DNA of 53,858 nt from Psammoneis japonica (lineage: Eukaryota). The stretch covers positions 1 through 53,858 of the forward strand of contig QPGO01000274.1 of assembly GCA_008632985.1 (NCBI GenBank), given 5' to 3'. Positions 12,480 to 25,184 of the stretch are shown here, one piece after another. The notes beneath the pieces were generated by a model. It did no database searches, had not been told where the DNA came from, and saw nothing but the letters and a program-made list of their open reading frames with translations. The stretch's first letter is position 1, and each line of letters begins with the position of its first letter. Position numbers and translations under genes: made by a program.

Positions 12480-15400
12480 TTAAGATGCACACTCCTCCAA
12501 CTTTCTCTTGGTCCCTCTTTCTTGTGCAGGTTCTTTCTTTTGAACCAAATGGGGCTTGTTTGTCAAGAGCCAAAAAACAAAGCTCGCGTTGCTGTGGCGA
12601 CCCGCCAACACACGCGGCCACAGCGAATCGGGCCTTTTGTCTTTGCTGAGCCGCAACAAGTGACGTCCAGCCTTGTTCATTTGGCAAAAGCAATCCATCA
12701 CCCGTTGAGTCTCCCCAATCGGCATTGTGACGCGTTTCAAAGAGTGCGAGGCTTCTCCAATTTCTTCAGGTGTGATTTCCAGCTGAGGGTTTCCCCACAA
12801 ATTAAGTTTTTCAAGATTGGGCAGCGCCAAAACCTCTCGCGGAATTCCAGTCAATTGTGTGCAATTAGAGAGATCCAACGATTTCAATCTTTTGAGCAAC
12901 CCCATCGCAGGAGGCAACTCAACAAGGCCATTGCAACAGGCCAAGCCCAGTGACTCAAGACCCACAAGCTGGGAAACGCTCTCTGGCAACTCAGTGAGGG
13001 ATCGACACCCTGTCAAACTGAGCCTTTTCAAACTTGAAAGTTGGAAGAGCTCATCTGGCAACTCAGCAAGTTCTGTGCACCCCTCGACAACCAACTCTTC
13101 AAGTTTTGCAAGTCATCCAATCTCTCAGGCAAGGTGACAAGACGCAGAGAACCATCTTTGGAAGCAACCGTCAACTCTTTTAGGTTGGTCAACTGTCCAA
13201 TCTCTGGAGGCAATCGCTCAAGACGATGGCAGTGGATCAGCGTCAATGTCTTGAGGTTTGCAAGTTGTCCAACTTCGCCAGGCATGGCAACAAGACTCTC
13301 AGCATTGAAGATGGTCAACTCAATCAAGCTTCTCAATCCTCCAATCTCAGCAGGCAAGGCCACAAGACTCTCACTCCCGAAATCCTCAACTTGGTCAAGC
13401 TTCTCAACTGTCCAATCTCAGCAGGCAAGGTGACGAGACTGATGCTTTCAACAACCAGCACTTTGAGGTTAGACAGCTGTCCAATCTCTGGAGGCAACTG
13501 CACGAGAATCTCGCAACCCCGCAATTTGAGCGTCTCAAGGTTTGCAAGTTGTCCAATCTCAGCAGGCAAGGTGACGAGACTCCAACTTTCAACAACCAGC
13601 TCTTTGAGATTAGACAGCTGTCCAATCTCTGGAGGCAACTGCATGAAACCGTGGCAACCCTCCAATTCGATCGTCTCAAGGTTTGCAAGCTGTCCAATCT
13701 CAGCAGGCAAGGTGACGAGACTAAAACTTGCAACAAACAGCACTTTGAGGTTAGACAGCTGTCCAATCTCTGGAGGCAATTGCACAGACTCTTGCAATGC
13801 CTCAATTTGAGCGTCTCAAGGTTTGCAAGCTGTCCAATCTCAGCAGGCAAGGACAGAAGACGCTCATTTGTGGAAACTTCTAAGGTTGTCAAGCTTCTCA
13901 ACTGTCCAGTCTCTGGAGGCAACTGCTCAAGACGCGAACATCTTCGAAGGTGCAGTGCTTTGAGATTGGACAGCTCTCCGATCTCTTGAGGCAACTGCTC
14001 AAGATGCAAACTTTCAACAAACAGCAGACGCGTTCCAGCCCCAGGTGGGACTCCGTGTGACATTGGGCCCGTAGAATTCTGCGTGCGAGCTCCGTAGTGC
14101 GAGAATTTAATTGATGAATGTGTTTGTCTTCAACATCAAATGAACGACCAAGTTTGTGGTGCAATTATGCCTCTCACCACTCGACGTTTTTGCAATTGCA
14201 CCTGCCCTGCGCGATTCTTAAGACAGCATAGAATCGCACTGTGACAAAAAATGTCAAAAGTTTTTGGATGGATCGCTCAATGAGTGCACCGTAAAATGAC
14301 ACAAAATGTCAAAAAATCACGTAGAATTCTACGTGCGCGACATGCGACGAGATTCAAAAAACTGTCGATGTCACAGTTCAGCAGCACGAGGTCCCACCCA
14401 GACCTGGAACGCGTCAGCACTTTGAGATTAGACAGCTGCCCAATCTCTTGAGGCAACTGCATGAAACCGTGGCAACCCTCCAATTTGATGGTCTCAAGGT
14501 TTGCAAGTTGTCCAATCTCAGCAGGCAAGGTGACGAGACTCCAACTTTCAACAACCAGCTCTTTGAGGTTAGACAGCTGTCCAATCTCTGGAGGCAACTT
14601 GCCAAGATTGTCGCAACCCTCCAATTTGATCGTCTCAAGGTTTGCAAGTTGCTCAACTTCACCAGGCAAGGCCTGGAGCCAATGGCCACGGAAAACTTCT
14701 AAGGTCGTCAAGCTTCTCAACTGTCCAATCTCTGGAGGCAACTGCTCAAGACGCAAACATGCTCGAAGGTGCAGCACTTTGAGATTGGACAGCCGTCCAA
14801 TCTCTGGAGGCAATTGCTGAAGACGGATGCAGTTGAGCAGCGTCAACGTCTCAAGGTTTGCAAGTTGTCCAATCTCAGCAGGCAAGGTGATGAGACTCCA
14901 ACTTTCAACAACCAGCTCTTTGAGGTTAGACAGCTGTCCAATCTCTGGAGGCAACTTGCCAAGATTGTCGCAACCCTCCAATTTGATCGTCTCAAGGTTT
15001 GCAAGTTGCCCAACTTCACCAGGCAAGGCCTGGAGCCAATGGCCACAGAAAACTTCTAAGGTCGTCAAGCTTCTCAACTGTCCAATCTCTGGAGGCAACT
15101 GCTCAAGACGCGAACATGCTCGAAGGTGCAGCACTTTGAGATTGGACAGCCGTCCAATCTCTGGAGGCAATTGCTGAAGATGGATGCAGTTGAGCAGCGT
15201 CAACGTCTCAAGGTTTGCAAGTTGTCCAACCTCAGCAGGCAAGGTGACGAGACTCAAACTTTCAACAACCAGCTCTTTGAGATTAGACAGCTGTCCAATC
15301 TCTGGAGGCAACTGCTCGAGACGGAGCAATTTGAGTGTGACCAGCCAGTGCATCATGACAATTTCAGATGGCAATGTTCTCAAACAACCTGGAGGAATTG

Positions 15401-15539
15401 CCGTGCAGGAGGCGTTGACGAATCCTTCGCATCCTGGCTCAATTGTGACATGCTGGGAAGACGCCAACTGCTCCACAGACTGTCCTGTGGCTCGAGCCAA
15501 TGCAGCAAGGATTTGTGCAGACTGCTGTTTAGCATCCAT
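12480..15539 (-). pseudogene. Leucine-rich-repeat protein LRR-A, copy 1 (MITE insertion, frameshifts)
   Basis: Many LPxEIGQLxNLxxL repeats. C-terminal MNKAGRHLL...LWPRVLA...FVFWLL domain. Split into ORFs 14277.., 13404.., 13333.., 13028.., 12480... Confidence 0.92.
14027..14415 (+). mobile_element. MITE family A, copy 2 (389 bp), inside LRR-A
   Basis: Termini gacgcgttccag...ctggaacgcgtc; TSD AGCA. Excision restores the LKVLFVESL reading frame. Confidence 0.95.
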
Positions 15540-16122
15540 CTCTTTGTTCTTCAGATGCAAGGATCCGACACAAAGCGATGGACGTCAGGGTTGATGCGGA
15601 TGACAGCGTGTTGGCAAATGGCGGTTGCTGCCATTGTGGTTGCAGAGGAGCGAGGAGTGGGGGAGGATGGATGTGTGCTGTGCCCCCTCACGCACATGTG
15701 CAAATTCATCTCCGAATGGCAGTTCACAGCGTGGGTGTGCCCCGGGGCCATGCCTGCACGACATGCATGCGCGACTGCAACAGCACAGAAAGCACAGCAA
15801 CTGTGCGTTGCAAGGTGTGTCCCCTCACATGTGCAAATTCATCTCTGCATGGCAGTTTGTGACGTGGCTCAGTGTGCCCCGGGGCCGTGCCCGCACGACA
15901 TGGCATGTGGGCACACGCGACTGCTGCTGCATGCACAAATCCATCTCCAACTTGCACTGCTGCAACAAGCACTGCTGTGACAAGCACTGCTGCAACAAGC
16001 ACATCACATCATTTCACCGCCTTTTTGTTGTTCTGTTGACAAGGAGGGAGTTGCTTCGACCCTCGTTTGGCTTTGCGCCTGCCTGTGTGGCACGTTCCAA
16101 AAGAAGAGCACCATCACGCACC

Positions 16123-17301
16123 ATGGAGGATGGCAAAGCGCTGCATGGCCTCAGCACATTGGCTCGAGCAGTGGGGCTGTCTGAGGAGGCTTTGATGGAG
16201 CGCAAACAAATTTTCCCAATCTTGAGTGAAGATCGTTGGGCGAGAATGAGAGAATCACCACCTGAAACAGGCTTGCTGCACCGACTGACTACACTGGACT
16301 TGTCATCCTGCCGGCATCTTGAGCAATTGCCGCCACAGATTGGACGGTTGACCGGCCTCAAAGTGTTGCGCCTTGTTTGTTGCACGAGTCTTGTTGATTT
16401 ACCTGATGAGATTGGACAGTTGCGGAGCTTGGCGGAGTTGCATTTGTGTGGGTGCACAGAGCTAAAACGACTGCCGCATGGAGTTTTGCACCTTACAAAC
16501 CTGGGGGAGCTGGAGATCAAACACTGCACAGAAGTCACTGAGTTGCCAGATGAACTCTTCTGACTGCCAAATTTGAAATGCTTGCAGTTGGAACATTGTG
16601 ATTCCCTCACTGCGTTGCCAGCGAGAGTTTCCCAGCTGACAAGTCTCGAATCGTTGCACGTGTCACTTTGTGGCAAAATGTCAGAAATTCCTGTTGAGAT
16701 TGGCCACCTCTCCAACTTGCAAACGCTTGAGCTGCGCGGATGCAGAGGCTTGAATGATTTCCTTCAAAATGGCACAAGCGGCATGGTGAACCTGACTGGA
16801 CTGGATTTGAGTGACAATGCTGACATCATTGAGTTGCCTGTTGCAATCGGGTCACTTGAATCTTTGAAAGAGTTGTGTTTGATGGGTCGCACGCAATTGA
16901 CTCGCACTCCAAAAGAGGTTCTGGGGCTTCCAAATCTCACAGATCTTAATTTGTGGGCATGTCGTGAGCTGAAGACAACACCGGAAGAAATTGGAGAGGC
17001 TTCGCATTCTTTGAAGCACATGGAAATGCCGACCGAGGAGACTCAAGCGAAGATGGATTGCTTTTGTCAAATGAACAAGGCTGGACGTCACTTGTTGCGT
17101 TGCAAAAGAGGCGCACCCGCTGCCATTTGGCCAAATGTGTTGGCGGGTCCTTCCAGTGATGAAAACTTTGTTTTTTGGTTCTTGACGCACAAACCTCACT
17201 TTGTCCAGAAGCACCAGGGAAAAAGAGGAACCAAGAGAGCTGTCGAGGAGCAGGACAGCACAGTGCGGCAGGACGTTCGTCAACAGATTGCTCAGCCATG
17301 A
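16123..17301 (+). pseudogene. Leucine-rich-repeat protein LRR-B, copy 1 (premature TGA at 16561)
   Basis: LRR repeats plus the same C-terminal domain as LRR-A. TGA here corresponds to CGA at 23982 in copy 2. Confidence 0.92.
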
Positions 17302-17326
17302 AGCTCAGACTGCGCAGCAAAGATTG

Positions 17327-17547
17327 TCGTCCTCAATGTCTGCCATTGGGACGACACAAACCTGGCAGAGCTCCGTTCTTGTCTCTGCTCTAGAGTGCCC
17401 TTTCCTTTCAAATTCATCTGGTTGAAAATGCTGCAGTCATCCTCAATGTCTGCCATTGGGATGACACAAACCTGGCAGAGCTCCGTTCTTGTCTCTGCTC
17501 TAGAGTGCCCTTTCCTTTCAAATTTATCTGGTTGAAAATGCTGTAGT
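17327..17547. repeat. Tandem duplication, period 110 bp (also at 24748-24968)
   Basis: cctcaatgtctgccattggga...ggttgaaaatgctg at 17331 and 17441. Confidence 0.95.
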
Positions 17548-17763
17548 TGGCTTGACACTCGCAGCAGGCCCCTCTGCCTCGTCAGCCAGCCAGCGGGTGG
17601 CAGAGAGTGCCATGCTGCACTGTAGAGCTAGCTTAGAGCAGGCAGCAGTCTCTTAAGGGCAGTGGGGAGCACAGTGCTGCACTGTCCCCTGCCATGAATC
17701 TAAAGATGCTCGCGATGGATCCGTTGCAGTGGTGTCCCAATTAAACACATTAAAGCATTTTTT

Positions 17764-19190
17764 CTAATGGGAGTCTTTCGACAGTCTTTCGAGACGGTCA
17801 ATGATGCCTTTTCCAGGAGAAAATTCCTGGCCGACCATCGCTTGAACCTTTTGGACCAGCGCCCTTTCCGCAGCAACAGAGAAAGTCCCACATTTAAAGG
17901 TGAGCTCTTTGTGGCATTCGCAGGAGCAACCCCTGCAGCCGCTGCACATTGCACAGTGACAGTCCTCGCACTTTTTCATGCATCCAACTTCCTTTCTTGC
18001 TGTGAAATGACCTGTGTGATTGATGGAGCTGATTTCACAAATCACAAAATCATCCATCTGTTTGAAGACCTTGTGCAAGCCTTCGGCACAACAGGTTGTG
18101 CCAATGTTAAAATCCTTGCTCAACAACTTGTTGCACCCGTTGCACTGCACGCACACATTCGACAACTCCTTGCTGCAAATCTTGCAAGAGCAATCGTCGC
18201 CGCATGGGTCGATCCTCAGAGTGGCCGAGTCTGGCAGCTCAGCAATGGTCACAGCATCAGGCAGCTCTGGCAGCTCTGCAATCGATGCAGCATTGGCACC
18301 CTTCTTCTTCCTCTTCCTCTTGTTTGTCTTTGCCATCTCCTCAAGTTTGGCACGTTCCTCCGCTAGAGAATCATGCTGCTCCTTTGACCCCTTTGCTGTC
18401 TCCTTGAACTCAACATGTTCTTCCACAATGTGGCTGAGCAAAGGAAGGATTCCCTTCAGAATGGTGTCAGTGGAGGGAAAAGCATTTGCTTCCAATCCGC
18501 GTGACATGCCAGCAGTGGGCGGCAGCCAAGAGCCATCCACAACTGGCTCGCAGGTGCATCTCTGTGCCATCCTGAGAAGGCACAGCTCCGGAATGCCTGG
18601 GATCTTCTTGCCAGCTTTGAGACCAGCTGGATGTTCGTGATCAGCTTCAGCTTCATGTTTCAACTCTGTGTGCAACTCTGCACATTCGAGCATTGTCACC
18701 GTTTCACGGGTGATGCCTTTGATGGACACACCACGGTGCATCCAGTCCCAAGCCACTGAGACACAAACTTCCGTGGCAGTGACATCACCACCCATCTTGT
18801 TCACTGCTTTTTCACGGAGGTTGGCATGGCAGTCCGAATCATGCAGTTTTGATGGCGCCATCTTCCAAAAAGCATGCATCCTGCCCTTGTTGATGTGAAG
18901 GAACTGTCCAGGTTCCAGAGCAAAAACAGACGGACAGCACCTGTTGTGACCGTGCGAAACAAAACAGTGATGGGAAACGAAAGTCGGAGAATGTGCAAGA
19001 TTCAGACGACGCAACTTGCCCCAGTTGCTTCATCTCCTTGATTGTCTGACCAGTTGGCCAATTCAGGTTCTTGCGGTTCTCCTCATGAGGGAGGCCGTGC
19101 ACAGCGTCGCAGTCCTTGTCACTGCCGTTGAGAAGGTCCACAGCCTTTTTTTTTGAATTTTTCCGGCAGTCGTCGCAACATCACGACTTC
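17764..19190 (-). pseudogene. 5'-truncated duplicate of the JmjC gene
   Basis: Matches 25185-26610 but is cut at the duplication junction, so it lacks the HxD motif. Confidence 0.88.
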
Positions 19191-19897
19191 TTAAAAGCTG
19201 GCTTTTCATCCTTTGTCCGTGGCTGTTGTCCTTGTTTGTCTGGCAAATCAAACAAAAACATCATTGAGGGCGGAAAATGACTCCGATGCTTCACCTTTGT
19301 CGACAGGGACGCATTTGCTTGCTGGAGCCCATGACCCTGCCGGTGGCTCTTTTGGGGATGGAAGCTCTTCAGGAAACAAGGAGGGCTGGGGTGATGAGGC
19401 GCCCATGGCAAACAGAAAAGACAGATGCTGCTGACAGTGCCGCTGCTGCTGCTGATTGTGTGCCGACAGCAGAAGACAAAGCAGAAGGCAGAGAGACACC
19501 ACGCGCCAGAAGTTCACACTGCGCGCATGCAGACCCTGCCTGCACAGGCTGTTCAAAAAAGTCACCTCTGTTGTGCTGTCATGGCTTGTCCCAACCAGGT
19601 CAGAAAGGAGCACATTCATGGAAGCCAAACACCAAGAAGCCTTCAAGCCTTCAAGCAGACAGCAGACAGTGCTGCAGACCCTGCTGGCATGAAATGCAGG
19701 ACTGGGCGGCGAGGAGCTAGAGAGAGTGGAGAGCAGGGAGGGTCTCACAATCTCACAAGTTCTGTGTTAATTTGTTTTCACTCAGGAGCTTTTAATCATC
19801 ACAAATGCAGCCTCCAAATTGTGACCATGACACTAAAAACAATTTGCAGAACTGCATTGAAGAATGGGACGACGTCCCCAGAGATGAGCTGGGGACA

Positions 19898-22800
19898 TTA
19901 AGATGCACACTCCTCCAACTTTCTCTTGGTCCCTCTTTCTTGTGCAGGTTCTTTGTTTTGAACCAAATGGGGCTTGTTTGTCAAGAGCCAAAAAACAAAG
20001 CTCGCGTTGCTGTGGCGACCCGCCAACACACGCGGCCACAGCGAATCGGGCCTTTTGTCTTTGCTGAGCCGCAACAAGTGACGTCCAGCCTTGTTCATTC
20101 GGCAAAAGCAATCCATCACCCGTTGAGTCTCCCCAATCGGCATTGTGACGCGTTTCAAAGAGTGTGAGGCTTCTCCAATTTCTTCAGGTGTGATTTCCAG
20201 CTGAGGGTTTCCCCGCAAATTAAGTTTTTCAAGATTGGGCAGCGCCAAAACCTCTCGCGGAATTCCAGTCAATTGTGTGCAATTAGAGAGATCCAATGAT
20301 TTCAATCTTTTGAGCAACCCCATCGCAGGAGGCAACTCAACAAGGCCATTGCAACAGGCCAAGCCCAGTGACTCAAGACCCGCAAGCTGGGAAACGCTCT
20401 CTGGCAACTCAGTGAGGGATCGACACCCTGTCAAACTGAGCCTTTTCAAACTTGAAAGTTGGAAGAGCTCATCTGGCAACTCAGCAAGTTCTGTGCACCC
20501 CTCGACAACCAACTCTTCAAGTTTTGCAAGTCATCCAATCTCTCAAGGCAAGGTGACAAGACGCAGAGAACCATCTTTGGAAGCAACCGTCAACTCTTTT
20601 AGGTTGGTCAACTGTCCAATCTCTGGAGGCAATCGCTCAAGACGATGGCAGTGGATCAGCGTCAATGTCTTGAGGTTTGCAAGTTGTCCAACTTCACCGG
20701 GCATGGCAACAAGACTCTCAGCATTGAAGATGGTCAACTCAATCAAGCTTCTCAATCCTCCAATCTCAGCAGGCAAGGCCACAAGACTCTCACTCCCAGA
20801 AATCCTCAACTTGGTCAAGCTTCTCAACTGTCCAATCTCAGCAGGCAAGGTGATGAGACTGATGCTTTCAACAACCAGCACTTTGAGGTCAGACAGCTGT
20901 CCAATCTCTGGAGGCAACTGCACGAGAATCTCGCAACCCCACAATTTGAGCGTCTCAAGGTTTGCAAGTTGTCCAATCTCAGCAGGCAAGGTGACGAGAC
21001 TCCAGCTTTCAACAACCAGCTCTTTGAGATTAGACAGCTGTCCAATCTCTGGAGGCAACTGCATGAAACCGTGGCAACCCTCCAATTCGATCGTCTCAAG
21101 GTTTGCAAGCTGTCCAATCTCAGCAGGCAAGGTGACGAGACTAAAACTTGCAACAAACAGCACTTTGAGGTTAGACAGCTGTCCAATCTCTGGAGGCAAT
21201 TGCACAAGACTCTTGCAATGCCTCAATTTGAGCATCTCAAGGTTTGCAAGCTGTCCAATCTCAGCAGGCAAGGACAGAAGACGCTCATTTGTGGAAACTT
21301 CTAAGGTTGTCAAGCTTCTCAACTGTCCAGTCTCTGGAGGCAACTGCTCAAGACGCGAACATCTTCGAAGGTGCAGTGCTTTGAGATTGGACAGCTCTCC
21401 GATCTCTTGAGGCAACTGCTCAAGATGCAAACTTTCAACAAACAGCAGACGCGTTCCAGCCCCAGGTGGGACTCCGTGTGACATTGGGCCCGTAGAATTC
21501 TGCGTGCGAGCTCCGTAGTGCGAGAATTTAATTGATGAATGTGTTTGTCTTCAACATCAAATGAACGACCAAGTTTGTGGTGCAATTATGCCTCTCACCA
21601 CTCGACGTTTTTGCAATTGCACCTGCCCTGCGCGATTCTTAAGACAGCATAGAATCGCGCTGTGACAAAAAATGTCAAAAGTTTTTGGACGGATCGCTCA
21701 ATGAGTGCACCGTAAAATGACACAAAATGTCAAAAAATCACGTAGAATTCTACGTGCGCGACATGCGACAAGATTCAAAAAACTGTCGATGTCACAGTTC
21801 AGCAGCACGAGGTCCCACCCAGACCTGGAACGCGTCAGCACTTTGAGATTAGACAGCTGCCCAATCTCTTGAGGCAACTGCATGAAACCGTGACAACCCT
21901 CCAATTTGATGGTCTCAAGGTTTGCAAGTTGTCCAATCTCAGCAGGCAAGGTGACGAGACTCCAACTTTCAACAACCAGCTCTTTGAGGTTAGACAGCTG
22001 TCCAATCTCTGGAGGCAACTTGCCAAGATTGTCGCAACCCTCCAATTTGATCGTCTCAAGGTTTGCAAGTTGCTCAACTTCACCAGGCAAGGCCTGGAGC
22101 CAATGGCCACGGAAAACTTCTAAGGTCGTCAAGCTTCTCAACTGTCCAATCTCTGGAGGCAACTGCTCAAGACGCAAACATGCTCGAAGGTGCAGCACTT
22201 TGAGATTGGACAGCCGTCCAATCTCTGGAGGCAATTGCTGAAGACGGATGCAGTTGAGCAGCGTCAACGTCTCAAGGTTTGCAAGTTGTCCAATCTCAGC
22301 AGGCAAGGTGACGAGACTCCAACTTTCAACAACCAGCTCTTTGAGGTTAGACAGCTGTCCAATCTCTGGAGGCAACTTGCCAAGATTGTCGCAACCCTCC
22401 AATTTGATCGTCTCAAGGTTTGCAAGTTGCCCAACTTCACCAGGCAAGGCCTGGAGCCAATGGCCACGGAAAACTTCTAAGGTCGTCAAGCTTCTCAACT
22501 GTCCAATCTCTGGAGGCAACTGCTCAAGACGCGAACATGCTCGAAGGTGCAGCACTTTGAGATTGGACAGCCGTCCAATCTCTGGAGGCAATTGCTGAAG
22601 ATGGATGCAGTTGAGCAGCGTCAACGTCTCAAGGTTTGCAAGTTGTCCAACCTCAGCAGGCAAGGTGACGAGACTCAAACTTTCAACAACCAGCTCTTTG
22701 AGATTAGACAGCTGTCCAATCTCTGGAGGCAACTGCTCGAGACAGAGCAATTTGAGTGTGACCAGCCAGTGCATCATGACAATTTCAGATGGCAATGTTC

Positions 22801-22960
22801 TCAAACAACCTGGAGGAATTGCCGTGCAGGAGGCGTTGACGAATCCTTCGCATCCTGGCTCAATTGTGACATGCTGGGAAGACGCCAACTGCTCCACAGA
22901 CTGTCCTGTGGCTCGAGCCAATGCAGCAAGGATTTGTGCAGACTGCTGTTTAGCGTCCAT
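19898..22960 (-). pseudogene. LRR-A, copy 2 (MITE insertion, in-frame TGA stops near 20531-20545)
   Basis: ORFs 21698..22981, 20543..21484 and 19898..20512 form one LRR frame once the MITE is removed and two TGAs are read through. Confidence 0.92.
21448..21836 (+). mobile_element. MITE family A, copy 3 (duplicate of copy 2)
   Basis: Same TIRs and AGCA TSD at the homologous site, so the insertion predates the 7.4-kb duplication. Confidence 0.95.
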
Positions 22961-23543
22961 CTCTTTGTTCTTCAGATGCAAGGATCCGACACAAAGCGAT
23001 GGACGTCAGGGTTGATGCGGATGACAGCGTGTTGGCAAATGGCGGTTGCTGCCATTGTGGTTGCAGAGGAGCGAGGAGTGGGGGAGGATGGATGTGTGCT
23101 GTGCCCCCTCACGCACATGTGCAAATTCATCTCCGAATGGCAGTTCACAGCGTGGGTGTGCCCCGGGGCCATGCCTGCACGACATGCATGCGCGACTGCA
23201 ACAGCACAGAAAGCACAGCAACTGTGCGTTGCGAGGTGTGTCCCCTCACATGTGCAAATTCATCTCTGCATGGCAGTTTGTGACGTGGCTCAGTGTGCCC
23301 CGGGGCCGTGCCCACACGACATGGCATGTGGGCACACGCGACTGCTGCTGCATGCGCAAATCCATCTCCAACTTGCACTGCTGCAACAAGCACTGCTGTG
23401 ACAAGCACTGCTGCAACAAGCACATCACATCATTTCACCGCCTTTTTGTTGTTCTGTTGACAAGGAGGGAGTTGCTTCGACCCTCATTTGGCTTTGCGCC
23501 TGCCTGTGTGGCACGTTCCAAAAGAAGAGCACCATCACGCACC

Positions 23544-24722
23544 ATGGAGGATGGCAAAGCGCTGCATGGCCTCAGCACATTGGCTCGAGCAGTGGGACTG
23601 TCTGAGGAGGCTTTGATGGAGCGCAAACAAATTTTCCCAATCTTGAGTGAAGATCGTTGGGCGAGAATGAGAGAATCACCACCTGAAACAGGCTTGCTGC
23701 ACCGACTGACTACACTGGACTTGTCATCCTGCCGGCATCTTGAGCGATTGCCGCCACAGATTGGACGGTTGACCGGCCTCAAAGTGTTGCGCCTTGTTTG
23801 TTGCACGAGTCTTGTTGATTTACCTGATGAGATTGGACAGTTGCGGAGCTTGGCGGAGTTGCATTTGTGTGGGTGCACAGAGCTAAAACGACTGCCGCAT
23901 GGAGTTTTGCACCTTACAAACCTGGGGGAGCTGGAGATCAAACACTGCACAGAAGTCACTGAGTTGCCAGATGAACTCTTCCGACTGCCAAATTTGAAAT
24001 GCTTGCAGTTGGAACATTGTGATTCCCTCACTGCGTTGCCAGCGAGAGTTTCCCAGCTGACAAGTCTCGAGTCGTTGCACGTGTCACTTTGTGGCAAAAT
24101 GTCAGAAATTCCTGTTGAGATTGGCCACCTCTCCAACTTGCAAACGCTTGAGCTGCGCGGATGCAGAGGCTTGAATGATTTCCTTCAAAATGGCACAAGC
24201 GGCATGGTGAACCTGACTGGACTGGATTTGAGTGACAATGCTGACATCATTGAGTTGCCTGTTGCAATCGGGTCACTTGAATCTTTGAAAGAGTTGTGTT
24301 TGATGGGTTGCACGCGATTGACTCGCACTCCAAAAGAGGTTCTGGGGCTTCCAAATCTCACAGATCTTAATTTGTGGGCATGTCGTGAGCTGAAGACAAC
24401 ACCGGAAGAAATTGGAGAGGCTTCGCATTCTTTGAAGCACATGGAAATGCCGACCGAGGAGACTCAAGCAAAGATGGATTGCTTTTGTCAAATGAACAAG
24501 GCTGGACGTCACTTGTTGTGTTGCAAAAGAGGCGCACCCGCTGCCATTTGGCCAAATGTGTTGGCGGGTCCTTCCAGTGATGAAAACTTTGTTTTTTGGT
24601 TCTTGACGCACAAACCTCACTTTGTCCAGAAGCACCAGGGAAAAAGAGGAACCAAGAGAGCTGTCGAGGAGCAGGACAGCACAGTGCGGCAGGACGTTCG
24701 TCAACAGATTGCTCAGCCATGA
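23544..24722 (+). CDS. LRR-B, copy 2; open frame of 392 aa with no Tyr, function doubtful
   Basis: Uninterrupted from MEDGKAL to QIAQP*. LRR repeats and MNKAGRHLL C-terminal domain. Confidence 0.75.
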   Translation: MEDGKALHGLSTLARAVGLSEEALMERKQIFPILSEDRWARMRESPPETGLLHRLTTLDLSSCRHLERLPPQIGRLTGLKVLRLVCCTSLVDLPDEIGQLRSLAELHLCGCTELKRLPHGVLHLTNLGELEIKHCTEVTELPDELFRLPNLKCLQLEHCDSLTALPARVSQLTSLESLHVSLCGKMSEIPVEIGHLSNLQTLELRGCRGLNDFLQNGTSGMVNLTGLDLSDNADIIELPVAIGSLESLKELCLMGCTRLTRTPKEVLGLPNLTDLNLWACRELKTTPEEIGEASHSLKHMEMPTEETQAKMDCFCQMNKAGRHLLCCKRGAPAAIWPNVLAGPSSDENFVFWFLTHKPHFVQKHQGKRGTKRAVEEQDSTVRQDVRQQIAQP

Positions 24723-25184
24723 AGCTCAGACTGCGCAGCAAAGATTGTCGTCCTCAATGTCTGCCATTGGGACGACACAAACCTGGCAGAGCTCCGTTCT
24801 TGTCTCTGCTCTAGAGTGCCCTTTCCTTTCAAATTCATCTGGTTGAAAATGCTGCAGTCATCCTCAATGTCTGCCATTAGGATGACACAAACCTGGCAGA
24901 GCTCCGTTCTTGTCTCTGCTCTAGAGTGCCCTTTCCTTTCAAATTTATCTGGTTGAAAATGCTGCAGTTGGCTTGACACTCGCAGCAGGCCCCTCTGCCT
25001 CGTCAGCCAGCCAGCGGGTGGCAGAGAGTGCCATGCTGCACTGTAGAGCTAGCTTAGAGCAGGCAGCAGTCTCTTAAGGGCAGTGGGGAGCACAGTGCTG
25101 CACTGTCCCCTGCCATGAATCTAAAGATGCTCGCGATGGATCCGTTGCAGTGGTGTCCCAATTAAACACATTAAAGCATTTTTT

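Larger units (their letters stand above)
11782..19190. repeat. 7.4-kb tandem segmental duplication, unit 1
   Basis: Colinear near-identity with 19191-26610; offset 7409 at the start and 7421 across most of the LRR region. Confidence 0.97.

Noticed and set aside
23046..23543. Cys/His-rich N-terminal extension of LRR-B (HCCNKHCCDKHCC) as a metal-binding domain
   Set aside because: It lies upstream of the likely ATG at 23544 in the intergenic spacer and is best explained as eroded low-complexity DNA lacking stops.
12480..24722. Diversity-generating retroelement (adenine-specific mutagenesis)
   Set aside because: No reverse transcriptase or TR/VR pair; the changes affect both strands across the whole window and are transitions.
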